NCBI GenBank assembly: GCA_964423405.1
Contig: CAYREY010000003.1
Location: 3,944-67,943 of the forward strand
DNA length: 64,000 nt
Reading direction: 5' to 3'
Source of the DNA: an uncultured Chitinophaga sp.
Lineage (GTDB): Bacteria > Bacteroidota > Bacteroidia > Chitinophagales > LD1
Shown piece by piece: positions 25,498 through 33,188 of this stretch. The notes under the pieces were generated by a model, which was not told where the DNA came from, searched no databases, and saw nothing but the letters and a program-made list of their open reading frames with translations. Each line of letters opens with the position of its first letter. The stretch's first letter is position 1. A program made the translations under genes and the position numbers.

Positions 25498-26180
25498 AAA
25501 CGATTGCTCTAATAGATGATCGAAAATCCAGACAAGAAATTTATAGTGAAAGCATTGTTCAGGCACTTGCTCATTCCAACTTGGACAACATTCAAGGATC
25601 ACGGTTGATAGGGTTTAACGACAACATGAATAAACTGGAAACCTCAATTTTTGACAACTACAAGGTTATTATTATTCACAGATCCTTTCTTTTGCAATCT
25701 TACAGACTTGCTTTAAAAGATTATATCGAAAAGACGGAAAAGTACTTGGTGTTATTTTCTGGTGGAACTCCGGCAACGGTATTAAATGACAGAGTGCTTT
25801 CTATCAATTCCAAGGATTTATACTCGCATAAACTATATACATTTTTAGAAAATTCAATCAATAGCAGCATACCTAATCTACAGATTCTTGCGTTTGGAGC
25901 GAGATGGAAATTAAACTTACTCTACGGGTTGGTGGATAAAATTCAGAATTATCTAGCTCAAAATGCAGAAAAAAATGTCCCCATAAGCGTCATTAAACAG
26001 CATGTGGGGTATACATCATCTTTCCGCGATTTTTTCCCAAATAGCAAAGTCTTAGCGGAGTTTGAATCCATTTCCTCTGGAGAGATAATCAATAGCAACA
26101 AACAACTTTCCTTGATATTAAATGAATTGACACTAATTATTAATATCGAAATTCAATCAGATGAAACCTTTACTAATTGA
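25494..26180 (+). CDS. receiver-like (degenerate REC) protein
   Basis: MKTIALIDDRKS ... YKVIIIHRSFL ... YLVLFSGGTP follows the REC strand pattern, but His sits where the acceptor Asp would be. 4-nt overlap with the RT gene. Confidence 0.55.
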   Translation: MKTIALIDDRKSRQEIYSESIVQALAHSNLDNIQGSRLIGFNDNMNKLETSIFDNYKVIIIHRSFLLQSYRLALKDYIEKTEKYLVLFSGGTPATVLNDRVLSINSKDLYSHKLYTFLENSINSSIPNLQILAFGARWKLNLLYGLVDKIQNYLAQNAEKNVPISVIKQHVGYTSSFRDFFPNSKVLAEFESISSGEIINSNKQLSLILNELTLIINIEIQSDETFTN

Positions 26181-27870
26181 TTCGACAGATAGTAGGTACG
26201 GCGGCTTACTAAAATGGGAAAACAGCGTTTCTATTGGCTACAAGTATCCTGAAGAATCGGATTTAAAGGGCGATTTTTCAAATATTGATACTTTTATTAG
26301 CAATGGTCCCGCCAGCATTATTTCGCAGATAGCTTCCTGCGATTTCGAATACTACATCATTCCGCTTTCCTTAACGAATACATTATTAGATTTTTCCGGA
26401 ATTAGGCTGGCACAACATATAAGACTCACTAAGAGCCTAGAGGAAAAAAGATTGTTTCCTATAATTTTTGTTAGCTGGATTAATCCAATGCACGTCATCA
26501 AATTAGCTGAAGCAGGAGAAATAATTACTGCATCAGGTAATTATTTCTGCAAACCAACTAGAGATGCAATTGAGAATGCAATTAGCATGGGATTATTGCC
26601 CTGTAAGCAGGCTACTGATAAAATTAAAATCTCAATTCATAACCAATCAAACTCTCACCATTCCATAGCCAATGAGTGGTCGATTCTTACTCTATCGCAA
26701 TCGCTAGGCATCAGCGAAAAATTAAAAGAAACAACAGATTACTTCGAGGCTCAATTATATTTTAAATATCTGTTAACCAATTTTGACAACAATGTAAATA
26801 CGCCTCGCAACATTCCGCAATTGAATCGCACTGGAGAGAAGAAGAGGATCCTTTATATTGACGATGAATACAAAAAGGGCTGGGAGGAAATATTTGGTGC
26901 TTTTTTCTCAGGTCAGTCGAATATTAACTTTAAGTGTTTTGAGCCAACTAAGGATTTTACGGACTTTGAAACTTCGGACGACCTCATCGTTGAAATCGTC
27001 AAATTTGTAAGAAATTTTGACCCGGACATTGTTCTTCTTGATTTGCGATTGCATGACCAAGACTTCGAGCCAAACAGAGCAGCAAATGAAATGACCGGAT
27101 TAAAAATCCTCAAGGAAATTAAGGATAAGATTAATCCTGGCATCCAAATTATTGTCATTACTGCTTCAAATAAAGTTTGGAACTTAATCGAACTTCAAAA
27201 TTCAGGAATGGACTTTTTTGTTCTAAAAAATTCACCTGAAATAAATTCGGGTACTCAATCTATTGACCATTTTTTTTATCAATTTCAGGAAGTCTTAGAA
27301 CAAGCTTTCAAGAAATCATTCATTAAGGGATTAATATCTTCCTTATTAAAAATCAAAACGAAACTGTCAATAGTAAATGAGCCTGAAAATCCAGAATATA
27401 ACAAGCTGATTGCTTATTTGAAATCCCAAATCAATGTAGGAATCTCAATGCTGGGTCTAATTAATCCTCAAAAATCAGTTACGCTTGATATTGCCTTCTT
27501 AACATTTTATAATTTTCTTGAAAGTTTTAAAGGATACTATTTGCAGTATGACAAAAGCGACTACCGATATTATTTAGGCTTTGACAAAATTATAGTTCAT
27601 AGATACTCTTATGACAAAGGTCTGAAAGATGATGGGGAATTTGTTGCGAAGGATACATATGACAAACCTAGTTGGAGTTGCTTTCTAACTGCTCTTTTTT
27701 TCGATTATTTTAAGGTTATAAAAAGCCCTTACCAAGAAGCTGGTTCATTGAAGCAACTACAAAAATGGCGAAATGATTATATCCACTCAACCAAACGATT
27801 TTTCGACAAAAGTGAATTGACAATAATAATCTCTATTTGCGTAAGGGCATGTGACGCTATAAAAGAGTGA
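26161..27870 (+). CDS. multi-domain protein: degenerate receiver-like N-terminus, canonical REC domain, and C-terminal HEPN-like domain
   Basis: REC: KRILYIDDEYKKGW ... PDIVLLDLRLHD ... QIIVITASNK ... FFVLK. C-terminus: LQKWRNDYIHSTK fits Rx4H. 20-nt overlap with the upstream gene. Confidence 0.65.
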   Translation: MKPLLIDSTDSRYGGLLKWENSVSIGYKYPEESDLKGDFSNIDTFISNGPASIISQIASCDFEYYIIPLSLTNTLLDFSGIRLAQHIRLTKSLEEKRLFPIIFVSWINPMHVIKLAEAGEIITASGNYFCKPTRDAIENAISMGLLPCKQATDKIKISIHNQSNSHHSIANEWSILTLSQSLGISEKLKETTDYFEAQLYFKYLLTNFDNNVNTPRNIPQLNRTGEKKRILYIDDEYKKGWEEIFGAFFSGQSNINFKCFEPTKDFTDFETSDDLIVEIVKFVRNFDPDIVLLDLRLHDQDFEPNRAANEMTGLKILKEIKDKINPGIQIIVITASNKVWNLIELQNSGMDFFVLKNSPEINSGTQSIDHFFYQFQEVLEQAFKKSFIKGLISSLLKIKTKLSIVNEPENPEYNKLIAYLKSQINVGISMLGLINPQKSVTLDIAFLTFYNFLESFKGYYLQYDKSDYRYYLGFDKIIVHRYSYDKGLKDDGEFVAKDTYDKPSWSCFLTALFFDYFKVIKSPYQEAGSLKQLQKWRNDYIHSTKRFFDKSELTIIISICVRACDAIKE

Positions 27871-27871
27871 A

Positions 27872-27906
27872 ATGCAAATAGATTGCACTGAATTAATGTT
27901 TGTTTG
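27872..27906 (+). promoter_or_regulatory. palindrome + TTTG module, copy 6
   Basis: ATGCAAATAGATTGCAC-TGAATTAATGTTTG-TTTG, starting 1 nt after the stop at 27870 and ending 18 nt before the ATG at 27925. Confidence 0.65.
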
Positions 27907-27924
27907 TCAAAATTTTATGTCCTT

Positions 27925-30129
27925 ATGGATATCTTAAACTTCTTTCCTGATATTAATCTCTCCAGCGACCAAAAAGTCGCATTGGGAAAACTGGAGACAT
28001 TTCTTTCAGGGAACAGCCATGTGTTCATGCTAAAAGGTTACGCCGGAAGCGGCAAGACAACCATCCTTAAAGGCCTGGTAGATTATTTAATCTCCATTGA
28101 AAGACCTGTCTGTTTGATGGCACCCACAGGAAGAGCGGCTAAAGTAATCCGCGAAAAAACCGGAGAGGAAGCTTATACGATTCACAAGTGTATTTACAAC
28201 TACAATGCACTGGTAGAAGTTGAGGCAAAAAATGAAAATGAGGAAACCAGCTTCTATTACGCTTACAAGATTCGTAACAGCGACGATGTTGCCAACAAGA
28301 TATTTATTGTTGATGAGTCTTCAATGATTTCTGACACATTTAGCCAGGGCGAATTTTTTAGATTTGGAACAGGCCATCTGCTTGCTGATCTGATTCAATA
28401 TTCCCGCGTTAAAGAATTAACCAGTAATACCAAAATTATCTTTGTTGGTGATCCGGCGCAGTTACCGCCGGTTGGCGACAATTCATCAAAGGCCTTTGAC
28501 AAAACTTATCTGGCTGAGAAATTCGGCTTAATGTCCGAGGATGTAGAAATGAAAGAAGTTAAAAGATATGGCAGTGAAAGCGGCATTATGAGAGTCGCAG
28601 CAAGATTACGTAAGTCACTTACCTCTGGATACTTTAATAACTTTAATCTCAAACCAAATGAAGTTGACATCTTAAACCCTTCATACGAGGAGTTCCTGGG
28701 CATATATGGCAAAGTCAATGAGAGAAAAATAATCGTTGCATACAAAAATGAAACCTGTAAGGAATTGAATGCCGAAATACGGGAACTAAAGTACGGTTCC
28801 AAAGAACTTCCCATGCAAAAGGGAGACATTGTAATAATAGGGGCCAACAACTACAGAAAAGATATAATGAACGGTGAGTTCGCCGTGGTGAATGAGGTAG
28901 ACTCGGTTTCTACAGACCGTGAAATACCTTTGCGCGGAAAAAAACCGGTACTGTTGAAATGGAGAAATGTTGAATTGGTTTTTCCAGATGGAGAGACAAG
29001 CGGGAAAGTAGTAAGTGGTAAAATGCTGGACAATTTTCTGATAGGAGAAAATTTCCTTAAACCCGAGGAGATGCAGGCCATCTATGTAGATTTTAAGAAC
29101 AGGCATCCCAACCTAAAACCAAAAACCGATGAATTTAAAGACGCCATCATAAATGACCCATATTTCAATCCTATAATGCTGAAATATGGTTATGCCGTGA
29201 CCTGTCACAAGGCACAAGGCGGTGAATGGCCTCATGTCTTTACCATTTGGGACCATGATTTGCGGGAAGGTTATGATTGTTTCCATGACCCGCAAGGCAA
29301 ATCGGGCAAAACCAATCAAAATTTTTACAGATGGTCTTATACTGCTGTAACCAGAGCATCTGAAAAGTTATACGCAATAAACCCACCGCATTTCAACTCG
29401 TACTCCACTATGGCTTTTACAGATGAAGCTGTATTGAAGAGTTTAACGGAATTAACTGGGGCAAATCATCAGCCACAGGAAATAGAATTAGATGATTCAA
29501 TCCTATTAAGTCTTAACAAATATGGGTTGCTTGAGCAGAATTTGGCTATACAGGATCATTTTATAAAGGTAATGAACATGGTCTGCCAAAACAATATTGA
29601 AGTAATCGGTTGGGAAAAAGTAGTATACGAGGTTAGATACTATTTTAAGCGGGAAGCGAATACTGCCGCCGTGAAAACCTGGATAGATGGGAATAGCAAA
29701 TTCAACGGAAAATTTCTGGAAATCCCAGCAGGAACCAATTCAAAAGAGCTTGTGAAGGAAATCGCAACTCTCATTTCTGCATTGCCGAATGTTTCTATTA
29801 AAAGGAACTCATCTGAAACAATTATCACTAAATTAGAATTTGATGCGGAAGTAGAAGAAAAACTACCGTTTACACGAACTCTTTTTGAAGATATATCGGA
29901 AGCAATTGCTGAGTATGGAATATCCATTGAAGAAATAAATCATCAGCAATATAAAGAACGTTATACGTTTGTCAGAAATGGCGAGAAAGCCGAAATTGAT
30001 TTTGAATATAATCAACAGGGCTTCTTCGGCAGGGTAATGCCCTTGACTAAAAAATGCAACAGCGAAATTTTACTTTTAGATATTAAAGTAGCTGTTCAAA
30101 AACTTAAACAAGAAGCATATGCCGGCTAA
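27925..30129 (+). CDS. RecD/Pif1/TraA-like SF1 helicase with a ~240-aa C-terminal extension
   Basis: GYAGSGKTTILKGL, IFIVDESSMISD, VGDPAQLPPVG, YAVTCHKAQGGEWPHVF, YTAVTRASEKLYA. The C-terminal part contains two similar ~100-aa modules (IEVIGWEKVVYEVRYYFKRE... / ISIEEINHQQYKERYTFVRN...). I start it at the ATG at 27925, because MDILNFF parallels the other helicase's ISILDFLHF. The track uses the TTG at 27904. Confidence 0.85.
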   Translation: MDILNFFPDINLSSDQKVALGKLETFLSGNSHVFMLKGYAGSGKTTILKGLVDYLISIERPVCLMAPTGRAAKVIREKTGEEAYTIHKCIYNYNALVEVEAKNENEETSFYYAYKIRNSDDVANKIFIVDESSMISDTFSQGEFFRFGTGHLLADLIQYSRVKELTSNTKIIFVGDPAQLPPVGDNSSKAFDKTYLAEKFGLMSEDVEMKEVKRYGSESGIMRVAARLRKSLTSGYFNNFNLKPNEVDILNPSYEEFLGIYGKVNERKIIVAYKNETCKELNAEIRELKYGSKELPMQKGDIVIIGANNYRKDIMNGEFAVVNEVDSVSTDREIPLRGKKPVLLKWRNVELVFPDGETSGKVVSGKMLDNFLIGENFLKPEEMQAIYVDFKNRHPNLKPKTDEFKDAIINDPYFNPIMLKYGYAVTCHKAQGGEWPHVFTIWDHDLREGYDCFHDPQGKSGKTNQNFYRWSYTAVTRASEKLYAINPPHFNSYSTMAFTDEAVLKSLTELTGANHQPQEIELDDSILLSLNKYGLLEQNLAIQDHFIKVMNMVCQNNIEVIGWEKVVYEVRYYFKREANTAAVKTWIDGNSKFNGKFLEIPAGTNSKELVKEIATLISALPNVSIKRNSSETIITKLEFDAEVEEKLPFTRTLFEDISEAIAEYGISIEEINHQQYKERYTFVRNGEKAEIDFEYNQQGFFGRVMPLTKKCNSEILLLDIKVAVQKLKQEAYAG

Positions 30130-31708
30130 AGAGATAAAAGAATTACGAAAGTCAGGGAAACTCGACGAAGCCTATGCGCTTGCAATTAAGGAATTTGACG
30201 AGGCAAATGTGCCCACGCAAATTGTTAATTCGAAAAATGGTGAAACGATTAACGTAGAGCCAAACCTACTTTGGCAAAAGAGAAATTTAAGCTGGGTCTA
30301 CTACGATTATATAAAGTTAAGCTGCGAACCAGCAAAGTTTGAGGATTTCAAAACCAACCTCAAGAAAATAGTTGAGCTTAACTTACCGGAAGATGAAAAA
30401 ATTCTTTTTGATCAGCTTGCCTGGCAGATTGGCAAAATGCTTTTTGCTATAGGATTTAAGCAGCCAAAATTTGGTGAAGCCGTTTTTCAACCGGATTCTA
30501 ATCGAGTTCATGCAGACGAACTATTCGAAATTGCAAAGAAACTGTCCTTCACAAAGCTTTCAGAAGCATATAGTTTTCTTTTCAAGGCTTTTCATACAGC
30601 GTTTAAGCTTTCCCAACAATACGTTCAATTTGTAGATTGGTGGGGTCTTGAAAATTTTCGAAAAGAAGATTTTGAAAAAGAAAAATTACCGAATGGTAAA
30701 GATGTAATGTCTATCGCTGAACAGGCCTACATAGCCTATGCAAAGCATTTGTTACCCGAGAAGTCGAGCAGTTCTCAATTGGTAAATCCGGACAAAATAA
30801 AGGAGTTTATACCCAAGCTCGATAAAGTAATTGACGATCACCCAGAATTTCAATACCCTCCCTATTTTAAGGCCAAGCTACTTCTTGCTCTCGGTGATAA
30901 GGAACACATGCTATCAGCCTTGCTTCCCTTTGCAAGGAAAAAAATGAATGACTTTTGGGTATGGGAAGTTTTAAGTGAAGCAGTTAGTGCTGAGGACCAA
31001 ATTCTATCCTGCTATTGCCGGGCATTACTATGCAGAACCCAAGAAGAGTTTTTAATCGGCATCCGACAAAGAATAGCAGCCTTGCTTATTAGAAAAGAAC
31101 TTTATTCAGAGGCAAAAAATGAAATAGAATTACTAGTAGCCGCAAGAACCGAGAAAAACTTTAAAATTCCCGCGCCGGTTTCAAATTGGATGCAACAGGA
31201 TTGGTTTAAGAACGCTGCTGCCGCAGACAATAACACAGAATTTTACAAAAGGCATCAGGATGCCGCTGAAGGATTATTATTCTCAGATTATCCGGAAGAG
31301 GAAATTGTGGTTGATTTTGTAAATACGGACAAAAAAATATTAAACTTCGTTTCGACGGATGAACGCTCAGGTTTTTTTAAATATGATCGTTTCGCAACAG
31401 ATGTAAATATTGGAGACGTATTGAATGTTCGTTTCAAAGAAAAGAAACCAGAGGGGTTGCAGCAAATTTATTCGGTCTCCAAATCCACAGTACCTGGCGC
31501 TGCCGGTTCTTTATTGAAAACGATTTCCGGCAAAGTAAGAATTGGGGAGGGGAAGAACTTTGGGTTTGTTGAAAATGTATACATCCACCCAGCAACTATA
31601 AAAACTTTGAATCTCTCCAACGGACTTCAAATAAAAGGCACTGCGTTGAAGACCTATAACTCAGAGAAAAAAGAGTGGGGCTGGAAGTTATTTAAGGTCG
31701 AACCCTAA
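30119..31708 (+). CDS. helical-repeat protein with C-terminal cold-shock/S1-like OB-fold(s)
   Basis: C-terminus GKVRIGEGKNFGFVENVYIHPATIK...LQIKGTALKTYN resembles the CSD pattern (GFGFI...vFvH). A second, weaker OB-like segment comes just before it (SGFFKYDRFATDVNIGDVLNVRF). 11-nt overlap with the helicase gene. Confidence 0.55.
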   Translation: MPAKEIKELRKSGKLDEAYALAIKEFDEANVPTQIVNSKNGETINVEPNLLWQKRNLSWVYYDYIKLSCEPAKFEDFKTNLKKIVELNLPEDEKILFDQLAWQIGKMLFAIGFKQPKFGEAVFQPDSNRVHADELFEIAKKLSFTKLSEAYSFLFKAFHTAFKLSQQYVQFVDWWGLENFRKEDFEKEKLPNGKDVMSIAEQAYIAYAKHLLPEKSSSSQLVNPDKIKEFIPKLDKVIDDHPEFQYPPYFKAKLLLALGDKEHMLSALLPFARKKMNDFWVWEVLSEAVSAEDQILSCYCRALLCRTQEEFLIGIRQRIAALLIRKELYSEAKNEIELLVAARTEKNFKIPAPVSNWMQQDWFKNAAAADNNTEFYKRHQDAAEGLLFSDYPEEEIVVDFVNTDKKILNFVSTDERSGFFKYDRFATDVNIGDVLNVRFKEKKPEGLQQIYSVSKSTVPGAAGSLLKTISGKVRIGEGKNFGFVENVYIHPATIKTLNLSNGLQIKGTALKTYNSEKKEWGWKLFKVEP

Positions 31709-32520
31709 CTCAGGAAGAAACAGCCGTCTTGGTTAATGCCTAGATAGAAAACCATATCGTGATATGACTAGTAAGCAGGATCTGGTTTTCATTATGACAA
31801 GAAGTGGCTTAATTTTTCATGCGAAAAATGGACATACTCATCAAAACTATTTACTCCAGATGCGTAGCGGCAGCTTCACTAAAAACACGAGCATCTTTCC
31901 CGTTGTAAAATCCCTATTGAACACCTATTAGTAGGCGTTTAGCCGCAACTTTATGGCCATATAATGTTAACTCTTGATTTTCAAATGAAAAGAAATTCTA
32001 TCTGGAAATAGGGATCTGAAGAAGAAGAAAATCTCCTTGATTATTCCGGTATAATCAAGAATTTTCCTATTCTTTCACATATAATCTGGGATAGTTCCAA
32101 ATTTTCTCAGGTTAATTCCATTCATTTCATATTAAGCCGTTATAGCTCAGAGTATTCGATAATTTCCCAAACTTAGATTTAAAAATTCCGAATAATCCAA
32201 ATTTTTTTGGATTATTTTTAGCTTCTTCAGTTTAACACGGACTTTCCCTAAATACCCAATCCAAACCTAAACTTGTTACGAATAATCTAAAGTAATTTGG
32301 AAGACTTAAGTTCAAAAATTTAAGACGAGGCCGAATCCAGGCAAGCCATTACGTGGTTTTATCTGGGACTGGGACTCATTATTCATAATATTTCTTTGGC
32401 AGGTTAAAATCTAAAAGTATATTTTTGATTTAACTTAAACGATAAAATGTAGTAAGAAAAGAAACAATCAAAACATATCAGCGTTATCCCTCTCGAACCG
32501 AAAACTGAGAAATTTCATTT

Positions 32521-32663
32521 ACACGGGAGTAAGTATAACGTTCACGCTAAGGCGTGGGCGTACTTATTCGTGTAAAGGCATCTCAGTGCCTCGGTCCGGA
32601 TAGGGTTCAGTCCCACGCTGATTTTTTATAAAAATATCTCCGGTGGGCCTGACGGAGAACCCT
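32521..32663 (+). promoter_or_regulatory. structured 5' leader (attenuator- or riboswitch-like) upstream of the lipoprotein gene
   Basis: Nested helices: ACACG/CGTGT with TAAGTA/TACTTA, CACGC/GCGTG, GGCA/TGCC, AGGGTTC/GAACCCT. There are also competing pairings: GCGTGGG (32552-58) with CCCACGC (32612-18), followed by a T-run, versus CCCAC with GTGGG (32643-47). Confidence 0.35.
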
Positions 32664-32674
32664 AAAACATTTTT

Positions 32675-33097
32675 ATGAAGAATTTAAAAAGAAACACGGC
32701 CCTGCTGATGGCCGTACTAATCATCAGCATAATATCGGGCTGCACTAAAGTAAAGGACAAGTGCGAAGGCATAGTCTGCCAAAATCCCGGTACTTGCGCC
32801 AACGGCAATTGCCAATGTTCGACAGGATACGAGGGAACCAAATGCGAAACTAAGGCCAATGCAAAGTTCGCGGGCAATTACACCGGGCAAATGAATTGCG
32901 ATGGCACTAGTGATAATGAATCGATTCCCATAGAGGCCTTGACCGACCCACTATCCGTAACAATATATCTAAACTCACAACATCTGTTAACCGCTACTGT
33001 CAGCGGCAACTCAATTACAATACCTGTTCAAAATTTCCCCACCGGAAATGAAAACTATAGATATTCAGGGAATGGAACGCTAATGGTAATGTGCTGA
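32675..33097 (+). CDS. lipoprotein with an EGF-like cysteine-rich module
   Basis: Signal peptide plus lipobox (LMAVLIISIISGC), then CEGIVCQNPGTCANGNCQCSTGYEGTKCE with six-Cys EGF spacing. Confidence 0.65.
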   Translation: MKNLKRNTALLMAVLIISIISGCTKVKDKCEGIVCQNPGTCANGNCQCSTGYEGTKCETKANAKFAGNYTGQMNCDGTSDNESIPIEALTDPLSVTIYLNSQHLLTATVSGNSITIPVQNFPTGNENYRYSGNGTLMVMC

Positions 33098-33188
33098 ACT
33101 TGACATTATATGTTTTGTATAGCAGTGTCGATCCCGATTTGTCGTACACATGTACATTTAACGGCAGCAAATAAACATTGTAATAGCC

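Noticed and set aside
13532-27888. The 17-bp palindromes interpreted as recombination sites (attC-like or shufflon-like cassette boundaries)
   Set aside because: There is no integrase or invertase in the window. Motif orientation always follows the downstream gene. The fixed 14-nt spacer to TTTG fits a promoter/operator better. This is not formally excluded.
13514-27906. Reading the TTG inside the palindrome (ATTGCA) as the canonical Bacteroidota -33 box
   Set aside because: The TTG is only 17 nt from the downstream TTTG. The consensus TTG-N19-TAnnTTTG implies about 23 nt. The palindrome is therefore more likely an operator overlapping the -33 region than the -33 box itself.
32596-32620. tRNA/tmRNA-like T-arm (GGGTTCAGTCCCAC)
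   Set aside because: The flanking sequence cannot form the T-stem, acceptor or anticodon arms, and there is no CCA-proximal acceptor pairing. It is better explained as part of the alternative-helix leader.
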